DNA from: a virus
Length of the DNA stretch: 64,000 nt
Virus record (IMG/VR): IMGVR_UViG_3300002835_000070
Location: 38,229 to 102,228 of that record
Strand: one strand, 5' to 3'
Shown here piece by piece: positions 18,290 through 26,948 of this stretch (the stretch's first letter is position 1; each line of letters opens with the position of its first letter). The position numbers were made by a program, and so were the translations under genes. The notes under the pieces are model-generated. The model saw only the letters and a program-made list of their open reading frames with translations, searched no databases and was not told the origin of the DNA.

Positions 18290-18883
18290 TTATAAATATT
18301 TATTTGTAATTCCGTTTTGTTTTTCAAAATCAACTCTTTTTTGGTAAGCCTCCTCTTCAGTTTTAAACATTCCGAACCGAACAGATTTTCCATTAAACTG
18401 AATTGAACTTCTCCATTTATTATCTCTTTTAAAATATGAAACGCCAATATATTTACTTGTGCAGTTTGAATTTTTAACCCTATGACAGCTATTTTCCCTA
18501 TTGTTTACCCATTCTAAATTTGAAATTTTATTATTAAGTTTATTTCCGTCAATATGGTTTACTTGCGGATTATTTTTTGGGTTATTAATAAACGAAATAG
18601 CAATCAGCCTATGTATTTTTTTTGTAATTTCAAGTGCATTTTTACAAAAACCTACTTCCCAATAACCCCTTTTACTTATATGTGGTTTTTTTATTAATAC
18701 CTTATAAATGCACTTTTTCCCACTTATAATAAGTGTTTTCTCTAAAGATTTTACTCTTCCAAGATTCGATATTTGATAATACCCCTCGTAATCAGGAACA
18801 TCTTTCCATTCTTCAACACGAGTAACACCATTATCATCTATATAGACAATATCTTCTAAACTTAAATCTTTGTAGTAATCCAT
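18290..18883 (-). mobile_element. NUMOD4-HNH-AP2 homing endonuclease
   Basis: EEWKDVPDYEGYYQISNLGRVKS (NUMOD4); HRL...VNHIDGNKLNN...LEW (HNH); SKYIGVS...W...F.TEEEA (AP2); antisense to its neighbours. Confidence 0.9.
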
Positions 18884-18974
18884 AAAATAAAAAACCCATA
18901 AATCAATAGGTCGAAGTCTATATCATTATGGGAATTTAATTATTTTTTTTATTTCGGCTTCGACTCCGACAGTA

Positions 18975-18982
18975 CAAATATA
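18975..18982 (-). promoter_or_regulatory. -7 box (TATATTTG on - strand) for the HNH gene
   Basis: CAAATATA on the + strand, about 90 nt upstream of the HNH start. Confidence 0.55.
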
Positions 18983-19134
18983 ACTAATGTATTTTGACCA
19001 AAATAAAAATTAAGTATTTTTTATGAAAAATAAAATTATTCTTTGTAAAATTCTTTTCACTACCTTTGACAGATGCTATAAAATAGCTTAAACCAAGAAA
19101 CTTTAATAACAAATAAATCAATAAAATTAAAGTT

Positions 19135-19377
19135 ATGAAAAAAAGTAGATTTAGTAAGTTATGTCTAAAAGACCTTTCACGGGGTGTGATAATGACAGTA
19201 GGTACAACTTTTGTAGGGTTGTGTAGCACAAGTGTAGTTTCGGGAATATTTCCTGCGGTTGCAGATTTTATTAATATGGGTAAGGTAGGTTTGCTTTCAG
19301 GAGCAGTTTATTTAGTTAAAAACTTCCTTACAAACTCAAAAGGCGAATTTTTAAAACAAGAAGAAGATGTCGTATAG
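19135..19377 (+). CDS. Putative holin (2 TM)
   Basis: 80 aa, two hydrophobic segments, overlaps the endolysin start. Confidence 0.6.
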   Translation: MKKSRFSKLCLKDLSRGVIMTVGTTFVGLCSTSVVSGIFPAVADFINMGKVGLLSGAVYLVKNFLTNSKGEFLKQEEDVV

Positions 19378-19894
19378 TTATTTAAGCAAAGAGGCTTCGC
19401 CTCAAATTTTAGTTCAAGCAAAATCCCTTTTAGGAACTAAAGAAATTGTAGGCGTTATTCATAATAAAACTATTATGAGTTGGGCTAAAGGTTTAGGTCT
19501 TGAAAAAATATATACCTCTGACGAAATCGCTTGGTGCGGTTTATTTATGTCAGAAGTTTGTAAAAAAGCGGGGGTAGAAACCAACTTAACCCCTAAAGAT
19601 TCATTGTGGGCTTTAAATTGGAGTAAATTTGGAACAAAGCAATCAGTAGCGATGCTTGGGGATATTCTTACTTTTAAAAGAAACGGAGGCGGACACGTTG
19701 GTATTTATGTTGGGGAAGACGATACTTGCTATCATATTCTTGGGGGAAACCAATCTAATATGGTTTGCGTTACTCGAATTGAAAAATCAAGAGTTAACAG
19801 TATTAGACGTACAAGTTGGAAGTCAAAACAACCAAGTAATGTAAGGGTAATAAAACTCGAAAGTAACGGTATAATTTCTAAAGACGAGAGTTAA
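19367..19894 (+). CDS. TIGR02594-like NlpC/P60/CHAP peptidoglycan hydrolase (endolysin)
   Basis: DEIAWCGLF, GDI..F.R.GGGHVG, LGGNQSN. Confidence 0.85.
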   Translation: MSYSYLSKEASPQILVQAKSLLGTKEIVGVIHNKTIMSWAKGLGLEKIYTSDEIAWCGLFMSEVCKKAGVETNLTPKDSLWALNWSKFGTKQSVAMLGDILTFKRNGGGHVGIYVGEDDTCYHILGGNQSNMVCVTRIEKSRVNSIRRTSWKSKQPSNVRVIKLESNGIISKDES

Positions 19895-19895
19895 T

Positions 19896-20285
19896 ATGGA
19901 AAATTTAAAAAATGTTTTATCAAACAAACTAAACCTGCTTATACTTTTGGTAGCAATTATTTTTTGCTTCCAAGTTTTTAGTTTATTTAGTAACGGTAAT
20001 GAAACCCAAAAAATCAACTACATCAAAGATGAAATATCTGATTTAAAAACAGGGGTAAAGGTTATTTACGATTCATACGAAAGAATGGATAAAAAAATTG
20101 AAACTTTCAATACGAAAATAAATAACATTGACAATCAAGTAAAAATAAATAATACTAAAATAGATAATCTAAAAAAAGATGAAAAAACTAAAATTGATAA
20201 TTTCAAGTCTTATGATGCTCGTATGTATGAGCGTTATTTCACAGAACGCTATGCAAAAAAGCCAAGTACCGCTACAATCAAATAA
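19896..20285 (+). CDS. N-anchored coiled-coil protein (spanin-like)
   Basis: TM plus heptad repeats; follows the endolysin. Confidence 0.5.
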   Translation: MENLKNVLSNKLNLLILLVAIIFCFQVFSLFSNGNETQKINYIKDEISDLKTGVKVIYDSYERMDKKIETFNTKINNIDNQVKINNTKIDNLKKDEKTKIDNFKSYDARMYERYFTERYAKKPSTATIK

Positions 20286-20616
20286 AGTAGTAATAGATAC
20301 TTCCATAGCAAGGAAAATAGCAACAGACCTTGTAAGAGGAGATTTCTGTAAAGCAGAAATAAAGTTAGTCAGAAGCAATTTAGACTTAACGAAGAAACAA
20401 GTAGTACTAAAAGACAGTATCATAAAGACTTTAGGAACTCAAAAGGAAGAACTTAATTTGATTATTTCAAAAAAAGATGAAATGTTTTCCAAACAAGAGG
20501 AAATATCGAATAGTTATAAAAAAGAATTGTCAAAACAAAAGGGAACAACGTTCCTTTATAAGTTACTATCCCTGTTAGGTGTTGTTTCTACCTCACTACT
20601 CATAATAAAACCATAA
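20179..20616 (+). CDS. Signal peptide/coiled-coil protein overlapping the previous gene (spanin-like partner)
   Basis: Overlap of about 100 nt; hydrophobic at both ends. Confidence 0.5.
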   Translation: MKKLKLIISSLMMLVCMSVISQNAMQKSQVPLQSNKVVIDTSIARKIATDLVRGDFCKAEIKLVRSNLDLTKKQVVLKDSIIKTLGTQKEELNLIISKKDEMFSKQEEISNSYKKELSKQKGTTFLYKLLSLLGVVSTSLLIIKP

Positions 20617-20619
20617 CAC

Positions 20620-20649
20620 AAAGCGCACCAATACGGTGCGTTTTTTTTT
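20620..20649 (+). terminator. Intrinsic terminator after the lysis cassette
   Basis: GCGCACC-AATAC-GGTGCGT followed by a T run. Confidence 0.85.
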
Positions 20650-20721
20650 GCTCATTACCTTTACGTTGAGAATAATTAAATAGTTTGTGAATTATTATTT
20701 AATGATAAAGTAGGCGTTAAA

Positions 20722-20753
20722 TAAATTTGATGTGCTATTATGCTATAAATTTG
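20722..20753 (+). promoter_or_regulatory. Two TAAATTTG -7-type boxes upstream of the capsid operon
   Basis: TAAATTTG at about 20722 and 20746 in an intergenic region. Confidence 0.45.
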
Positions 20754-20818
20754 GCTTTGATATTATTTCTGTAAATTAATATCATTAAAAATAAGTTTAA
20801 CAAAAAAATCATTCTGAA

Positions 20819-20950
20819 ATGAAAAACGAAATTGTTCCTTTATTGAAAAGCGTTGCCGTTGTAGTTGTAGGTGTGTTAGTTGCTAACTATGTTCAAAAAA
20901 CATTGTTGACTAAAGCAGTTGTCGCTCCCGCTTCTTCTTCAGCAGTATAA
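20819..20950 (+). CDS. 43-aa membrane protein directly upstream of the candidate capsid gene (not in ORF track)
   Basis: MKNEIVPLLKSVAVVVVGVLVANYVQKTLLTKAVVAPASSSAV. Confidence 0.7.
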   Translation: MKNEIVPLLKSVAVVVVGVLVANYVQKTLLTKAVVAPASSSAV

Positions 20951-21004
20951 TTAGGTGTCAAAACCGAGTAAAAAAATTAGTAAATAATATTAAATTAAAT
21001 TAAA

Positions 21005-21700
21005 ATGTCAAACGTAAGAAGATATTTAAGCAATGCACGTCAAAGTGCAATGGAATCTTTCTCAAATGCTGACGGATTCATCGACCAAGACCTGTCATTC
21101 ACAGGAGATGATTTCTTTAGAGCAGACGGAGGAATGGGGCAACAAGATATTCAAACATCTCAACCCTACATTATCAACGTTACTTCTACATCAGGAGCAG
21201 CGATTGCTAACTTTGCTATATTAGGTTCATACCAATATATCAATAACACAGGATTCGTTAACGGTTCGTTAACAATCGGTCCAGTGACTGTGAGTTCAGG
21301 TATTCCTGACATCACTTACCAAGAAATGTTATACCAATTTATGAATAATCCTTATTCTGTTGGTTTAACTTACATCCAATCGGCTACTACTAACCAAGTT
21401 CTACAAACTTTGTCAGTAAACACGAGAGATGCGAATGGTAACTTGGCACAAAAAACTTTAGTGCCTACAATTGACCCATATCAGCAACAAACGAATATCG
21501 TTGCAATGAAGTATGCTTACCGTATTGATGGTTTCACAAAAATCATCATTGCTCAAATTTTAGCAACTGCTACATTGTCATTATACTTCTATCCTGCTGA
21601 TAACATCAACCTTGCAAGAGCATTGGGTGGTCAACCTGTAAGCAGACAATTCGGAACACCTCCTGTAACTAATGGACAAACCATCAAGTTAAGAGCGTAA
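21005..21700 (+). CDS. Candidate major capsid protein (beta-rich, possibly single jelly-roll) with acidic N-terminal leader
   Basis: Enriched in TTC/ATC/AAC/TAC codons relative to neighbours; own terminator; alternating strand-like pattern; no TM; paralogue at 59058. Confidence 0.6.
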   Translation: MSNVRRYLSNARQSAMESFSNADGFIDQDLSFTGDDFFRADGGMGQQDIQTSQPYIINVTSTSGAAIANFAILGSYQYINNTGFVNGSLTIGPVTVSSGIPDITYQEMLYQFMNNPYSVGLTYIQSATTNQVLQTLSVNTRDANGNLAQKTLVPTIDPYQQQTNIVAMKYAYRIDGFTKIIIAQILATATLSLYFYPADNINLARALGGQPVSRQFGTPPVTNGQTIKLRA

Positions 21701-21738
21701 TTATCAGTGATGATATAACGAATTAATGTATAATTTAG

Positions 21739-21778
21739 AAAAAGAGCAAGTTTGATTTATTTCTACTTGCTCTTTTTT
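21739..21778 (+). terminator. Intrinsic terminator after the capsid candidate
   Basis: AAAAGAGCAAGT...ACTTGCTCTTTTTT. Confidence 0.8.
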
Positions 21779-21795
21779 GCTTAAAACAAATAACT

Positions 21796-22233
21796 ATGAA
21801 CGTATATGAATATGTTGCGGATTCAAATCCAAGAGTAGCAGAACAAATAATGAACTCATTTAATTATGATGTCGTTAATTCTGCTGATATGGGATTGAGC
21901 CAATTAGTTGACAAGGTCGGAGAACCTGCTTTGCAAAAAGTAATGGAAAACCACCCTGATAAAGAAATTATTTTAGAGATGTTCTCTAAAAAAGAGGATA
22001 GTAAGGATAGTACTTGCGGTTGCGATAGTTGTAGATACAGAAATCGAAATGGCAATGAAAATTTGAATTATCTTAATATGACAGGCAGTGGGAATGTTTC
22101 TCCTACTAATGTTCCAAATACAACTGCTACTGATTCTACTTCAAATACTCATTTATTGGCAAACCAAACAAATGTCATTTTAGTAGTATCTGCATTATTC
22201 ATAGCAACTGCATTAATTTTAAAAAATAAATAA
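21796..22233 (+). CDS. C-anchored protein with CGCDSC motif
   Basis: YLNMTG motif before the linker and TM. Confidence 0.8.
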   Translation: MNVYEYVADSNPRVAEQIMNSFNYDVVNSADMGLSQLVDKVGEPALQKVMENHPDKEIILEMFSKKEDSKDSTCGCDSCRYRNRNGNENLNYLNMTGSGNVSPTNVPNTTATDSTSNTHLLANQTNVILVVSALFIATALILKNK

Positions 22234-22235
22234 AA

Positions 22236-22910
22236 ATGGCAAATTCAAAAGCGACTCCTCAATTAGGAGCATTAACATTAGTATTACTTGTAAGAAATTA
22301 TAGAAGCCAAATGATTGCTTTATTGGCAAGAAATGGTGTTGCGGTAAAACCTAATGCGTCAGAACAAAATATAGCCAATTTAATGGCTAATTTATTAAAA
22401 GTATCAAAATCTTTTTTCAAAGATTTAAGCGACTTTTTAACTAACCCTGCGGTAACTAAAGTACTTGCAGATGGGGTTGCTAAAGTTTCACAAACTGCTC
22501 AATATATGAAAGCAAGTGGAAATGGGTATATGAATTATGAGGGGGAAGAATATGACGATGCTTACTTTGAAGAAGACCCTATTGACCCTGCATTACCTGT
22601 ACCGTCAAATACTCCAAAAAAAGGGTTTTGGTCAGATTTGAATTTTGCAGAAATATTAAAAGGAGGTATGAATCTTTTTGGTAATTATACAAAAGCACAA
22701 TCTGATGCTGAAATAGCAAGGCAACGTGCTAAAGTTGCAGAAGCGGGAGGTGGAGCAGTTGTTTTAGACCCAACGACAGGGGAAGAAGTTGACCCAAATG
22801 ACAAACCTGATACGGGATTGGGTACAACTACAATTGTTGTATTAAGTTTAGTAGGCGTTGCATTATTAGGAACTGTAATATATTTTATTGCAAGACCTAA
22901 AAAATCTTAA
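22236..22910 (+). CDS. C-anchored virion membrane protein
   Basis: YMKASG/YMNYEG motifs mid-protein; TM tail. Confidence 0.8.
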   Translation: MANSKATPQLGALTLVLLVRNYRSQMIALLARNGVAVKPNASEQNIANLMANLLKVSKSFFKDLSDFLTNPAVTKVLADGVAKVSQTAQYMKASGNGYMNYEGEEYDDAYFEEDPIDPALPVPSNTPKKGFWSDLNFAEILKGGMNLFGNYTKAQSDAEIARQRAKVAEAGGGAVVLDPTTGEEVDPNDKPDTGLGTTTIVVLSLVGVALLGTVIYFIARPKKS

Positions 22911-22921
22911 AAAATAGAGTT

Positions 22922-23146
22922 ATGATTGATGAAAAAATGTTATCCAATATAATTGGGGCTTCTGTTGGAACTTATCCTAATGAAGTTGCTGACTTCCTTG
23001 TGCGTAATAACGTAATTGCACCTGCACCTGAATACACGCTTGACCAATTGGTAGAGGGTGTATTTATAGGTTTGAATAAAAATCCAACTTTTACTCAAGA
23101 ATATGGTTCTTGGGTAGAGCAAATTATAACTACATTAACCTTTTAA
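22922..23146 (+). CDS. Small helical protein, weakly similar to the N-domain of 22236
   Basis: ADFLVRNNV versus IALLARNGV. Confidence 0.7.
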   Translation: MIDEKMLSNIIGASVGTYPNEVADFLVRNNVIAPAPEYTLDQLVEGVFIGLNKNPTFTQEYGSWVEQIITTLTF

Positions 23147-23158
23147 AAATATAATATT

Positions 23159-23464
23159 ATGGCAGGATGGGCAGATGCTTTAGGAGCAATATTACCAGCT
23201 TTTATAACGGTTGGCGGAGGATTAATTTCGCAAAACCAATTAGTGCAACAAGCGCAAGGTCAAGCTAATGATGCAAGAGCATTAGCTGAAAAACAATACG
23301 AAACTGCATTGGCACAACAAAAGGCGCAAGAATTAGCTTCAATAAATGCAAACAAAAATAAAGTCGTAACTCCACCAAAGAACAATACTTTACTTTATGT
23401 TGGATTAGGTGTAGGCGGTGTTGTTTTAATTGGAGTTGTAATTTTTGCGGTTACGAGAAACTAA
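23159..23464 (+). CDS. Membrane protein with coiled coil
   Basis: Hydrophobic ends; Q/A-rich middle. Confidence 0.75.
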   Translation: MAGWADALGAILPAFITVGGGLISQNQLVQQAQGQANDARALAEKQYETALAQQKAQELASINANKNKVVTPPKNNTLLYVGLGVGGVVLIGVVIFAVTRN

Positions 23465-23483
23465 TTTTTAATAAATATTAGAT

Positions 23484-23699
23484 ATGCAAGATTTTTTAGC
23501 ACAAGCGAAAGACATAGCGAGTAAGGACAAAAGAGAAATTCTTATGGTAACTACTCAAGCATCGGTAAACGGTGCGGTTACAGGACTTGTTTTGGGTCTT
23601 ATGATTGGTTATTGGAAAAACAAAAATATTTACATCACAGGTCTTGTAGGTGCTATCATTGGTGGTGTTGCTACAAGTATTATAGTTAATAAAAAGTAA
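23484..23699 (+). CDS. Two-TM glycine-rich protein
   Basis: GAVTGLVLG and GLVGAIIGG. Confidence 0.75.
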   Translation: MQDFLAQAKDIASKDKREILMVTTQASVNGAVTGLVLGLMIGYWKNKNIYITGLVGAIIGGVATSIIVNKK

Positions 23700-23706
23700 T
23701 ATAATT

Positions 23707-24642
23707 ATGGATTCATCAAAATTATTGATAGTTGGGGGAGTAGTTTTAGGAGGTTTTTACCTTTTAAATAAAGGAAAAAAAACAAAAGCAGATGCGGATA
23801 CAAAAGCATTAGCAGACGCTCAAGCACAAGCATTAGCTTTAGCAATGGCAACCCCAACAATACCCAATCCTGTCGTTGTAGAGTCAAAATTCTATACTCC
23901 TGCCGAAGCAACTAAAAAAGCATTGGAAGTTGTAACTAAATGGATAAGCCTTTTAGATGCTATTCCAAAAGAAGCGTTGACAGAGGAAAACAAAAATATA
24001 CTCAATCAAAAGGCTTGGGATGAAAAAGCAAAAAAAGATAAAGCCGAATATGATAAAGCATTAGCACTTGCGAAATCAAAAAATGAACCTAAATTTACTT
24101 TTGGCGATACGAATTATTGGACGGCTAATGAAGAGGATGTTAGAAACGGAAGTTGGGTTAAAGTATTGTCGGCAAATGTTTGGCAACCAAACAATATTAT
24201 TTCTTATTCTAATTCATTTAAAATTAGAGATGGCGACAGAATGTTTGAAATTAGTCGTGCGAATCTTATGTTTTCAAATGCCCCTAAAAATTTAGGAGAT
24301 TATGTAAAGAGAGTGAAACAAATAGATTTTTCAAATGTTTACGATGCTTTAAAAGTACAATTTGCAGAACTTCCAAAAACAGATGTTGATAGGTTAGTAA
24401 TATTATTGCCTAAATATCTTTTGGTAGTAAATGATGATTTTAAATATTTTGAAAATTATTTACAGCAAAATCCATTTACAATAGAAGAACAGTTGTATTT
24501 AAAAGATGTTAGTATTGATAGTTTATTCAATCCTAAAAAAACCGTAACACCTCAATTCTACGGTAATCCGATTATACAAAACGCTACATCATTTGCAAAT
24601 GCGGTACAAAACGCTACATCAATAGCAAATGCGGTTAGGTAA
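23707..24642 (+). CDS. N-anchored protein
   Basis: N-terminal TM; C-terminal QNATSxANAV tandem duplication. Confidence 0.8.
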   Translation: MDSSKLLIVGGVVLGGFYLLNKGKKTKADADTKALADAQAQALALAMATPTIPNPVVVESKFYTPAEATKKALEVVTKWISLLDAIPKEALTEENKNILNQKAWDEKAKKDKAEYDKALALAKSKNEPKFTFGDTNYWTANEEDVRNGSWVKVLSANVWQPNNIISYSNSFKIRDGDRMFEISRANLMFSNAPKNLGDYVKRVKQIDFSNVYDALKVQFAELPKTDVDRLVILLPKYLLVVNDDFKYFENYLQQNPFTIEEQLYLKDVSIDSLFNPKKTVTPQFYGNPIIQNATSFANAVQNATSIANAVR

Positions 24643-24662
24643 ACAATAGATAAAAAAAGATT

Positions 24663-24773
24663 ATGAAAAAGCAAAATATAATAATTGGTTTAGTTGGATT
24701 AGTAATTTCTCTTGGAGTAGTTTACGGATATACCTATGTAATTGGAAAATCTTGGAAAGCAAGTCAAAAATAA
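24663..24773 (+). CDS. 36-aa membrane protein (not in track); paralogue of 25901
   Basis: ...YVIGKSWKASQK versus ...YLVGLAWKKSQTA. Confidence 0.7.
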   Translation: MKKQNIIIGLVGLVISLGVVYGYTYVIGKSWKASQK

Positions 24774-24793
24774 TTAATTAAAAAATTAATAAA

Positions 24794-25234
24794 ATGGAAA
24801 TTTTAAAAGACAAAAAAATATTAGTAGGTGGTTTGGCAGTAATAGGAGGTATAGCACTCGTTGCTTACTTGTTAAAGCAAAAAACACCAACAAGAAATTC
24901 AGAGGGGTTTTTTAATGCGGGTGGGAGAATTTTACCAATAAAAGAACCAATATTACCAAAAAACCAAGAGGTTTGTAATTTGCCTAATAATTTTGTTAGA
25001 CAGGTAGTTACTAAAACAGGAGTAATTAAAAATTTTTGCGGTAGATACGATAGGGTTATAGCTATGACACCAACAGGTAAAGGATTTCAATACAGGTTGC
25101 GACCTGAAATTCCGAGCGCAACTTTTATAAATGGTGGTTTTGTAAATTCAAACGGAACGGGAATTATTACAACATATCAAATAATTAGTAGTTCTGATTA
25201 TGAATCCGCATTTATTTATGGACAAAATTGTTAA
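24794..25234 (+). CDS. NSEGF-family N-anchored protein
   Basis: GGLAVIGG...NSEGFFNAGG. Confidence 0.8.
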   Translation: MEILKDKKILVGGLAVIGGIALVAYLLKQKTPTRNSEGFFNAGGRILPIKEPILPKNQEVCNLPNNFVRQVVTKTGVIKNFCGRYDRVIAMTPTGKGFQYRLRPEIPSATFINGGFVNSNGTGIITTYQIISSSDYESAFIYGQNC

Positions 25235-25261
25235 AAAACATTAATCATTAATTCAAAAAAA

Positions 25262-25609
25262 ATGGAAAAGAAGTATTTAGTAGGAGGTTTAGCAGTAGTA
25301 GGTGCAATAGCATTGTTTATGTATTTAAAACCAAAAAACAAAGCAAATTCAGAGGGTTTCTTTAATATGAGTGGGTTTAATCCTCAAACAAATCCATTTA
25401 TACCAAATTCTTTTACAAGACAAGATAGATTTTGTAAAGTTTGTGTGCAGTATGATAAAATACAATCGCCTAAAGGAGGGTTTATGTATTTAAAAAAACT
25501 GTACAACCCTAACCAATCTATTAGCGAAGCATTTAGTATCACAGAACAAGAATACACATCTGCGTTTACTAAAAACGGACTTTGTAAAGTAAATCCACCA
25601 ACAAAATAA
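25262..25609 (+). CDS. NSEGF-family N-anchored protein
   Basis: NSEGFFNMSG; C-domain homologous to 24794. Confidence 0.8.
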   Translation: MEKKYLVGGLAVVGAIALFMYLKPKNKANSEGFFNMSGFNPQTNPFIPNSFTRQDRFCKVCVQYDKIQSPKGGFMYLKKLYNPNQSISEAFSITEQEYTSAFTKNGLCKVNPPTK

Positions 25610-25637
25610 AACATTAACAATTAAAATTATAATAAAA

Positions 25638-25889
25638 ATGGAAAAAAAGTATATCATCGGAGGTTTAGCAGTAGTAGGTGCAATAGCATTATTTATGTAT
25701 TTAAAACCAAAAAACAAAGCAAATTCAGAGGGTTTCTATGGTGCAAATGGTAGATTAACTACAAAAGGAGGTGCGACTTCAAAAGTTTATTTACAATGTA
25801 AAAGACCAAATGGTAGTTATTATTTAACTAACGCTCAAGGACATTGTGACTATTCAAGTGACAAAGAAGTAGGTTACGTTAACAACTAA
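25638..25889 (+). CDS. NSEGF-family N-anchored protein
   Basis: Near duplicate of 8987. Confidence 0.8.
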   Translation: MEKKYIIGGLAVVGAIALFMYLKPKNKANSEGFYGANGRLTTKGGATSKVYLQCKRPNGSYYLTNAQGHCDYSSDKEVGYVNN

Positions 25890-25900
25890 AATTTAAGGAA

Positions 25901-26035
25901 ATGGATACATTTTATGACGAACAAAAACAACCAAGTACAACGAGTAACTTGGTTTATATCGGAGTATCAGCAGTAGTGATATTTGGATTAGTTTATCTTG
26001 TAGGTCTTGCTTGGAAGAAAAGCCAAACTGCATAA
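25901..26035 (+). CDS. 44-aa membrane protein (not in track)
   Basis: MDTFYDEQKQPSTTSNLVYIGVSAVVIFGLVYLVGLAWKKSQTA. Confidence 0.7.
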   Translation: MDTFYDEQKQPSTTSNLVYIGVSAVVIFGLVYLVGLAWKKSQTA

Positions 26036-26126
26036 TTCAAGATAAAAAAGCAAAAATAATGTTTATTATTCTTACAATCGCTATATTAGCGGTTGTGAGA
26101 ATATTTAGCATAAAAAAACAATAAAA

Positions 26127-26444
26127 ATGAATAAAAATTTAATGTTTTACGGATTAGTTGCTTTAGGTGGAGTACTTGCTTATTATGCTTGGAAAAAACA
26201 TAGTTTAAGTGCTAAAGAAAATTCTGAAAGCACAACCACACCATTAAGTCAAACTTCGGGTATTTTTGTAGATGACGTTCCTATTGACCCAAGTGTGTTA
26301 GGAATTAAAACAGGAGGTATAAAAGAAAATTTCACTTCTGCTTTTGATATGGTAAAGACTTCGGTAAGTAAAATTATTGAACCCGTTATCGGAAAATCAA
26401 AAAGCACACAATTATCAGGACAAGGACAATTTATTGAATCGTAA
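26127..26444 (+). CDS. N-anchored membrane protein
   Basis: N-terminal TM. Confidence 0.75.
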   Translation: MNKNLMFYGLVALGGVLAYYAWKKHSLSAKENSESTTTPLSQTSGIFVDDVPIDPSVLGIKTGGIKENFTSAFDMVKTSVSKIIEPVIGKSKSTQLSGQGQFIES

Positions 26445-26456
26445 AAAAAATAACTT

Positions 26457-26609
26457 ATGGAAACTAAAAAAATAATAGGAATTGCATTATTAGGTATTTC
26501 GGTAGGACTATTAGTTTTTATCTATAAGGGATACTTAAAACCAAGATTAGAATTTGACGCTGAAGTAAATAAGGTTAAAGATTCTCTAACAACAACAACA
26601 ACAAAATAA
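26457..26609 (+). CDS. 50-aa N-anchored protein (not in track)
   Basis: METKKIIGIALLGISVGLLVFIYKGYLKP... Confidence 0.7.
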   Translation: METKKIIGIALLGISVGLLVFIYKGYLKPRLEFDAEVNKVKDSLTTTTTK

Positions 26610-26617
26610 TTAAGAAT

Positions 26618-26947
26618 ATGGAAACAACAGGCAAAAGCCCAAATCGTTTATGGAAAGAAAGCGGAACTACATTAAGTTTTGCTAATTGGATTCAACGTGA
26701 AAAAGACAAGAATAATTTTTTAGTTAACAAAAAGTTTGAGAACTTTTCTAATTATACAGAAGAGCCTGATGATGCTACTTGGCTTCAAGACTCAATTGCG
26801 GAGTCACGAATTGTTTTAGGTATTGACGCTCCTTTAAAAATTAAACCTGACAATACATTTGTAGGTCTAAATAAAACAATTATTTTTATTTCTTTATTTA
26901 TAATAGTAGGGGCAGTAGGATATAAAATTTATCAAAAAAATAAGTAG
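26618..26947 (+). CDS. C-anchored protein
   Basis: TM tail; FSNYTE motif. Confidence 0.75.
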   Translation: METTGKSPNRLWKESGTTLSFANWIQREKDKNNFLVNKKFENFSNYTEEPDDATWLQDSIAESRIVLGIDAPLKIKPDNTFVGLNKTIIFISLFIIVGAVGYKIYQKNK

Positions 26948-26948
26948 T

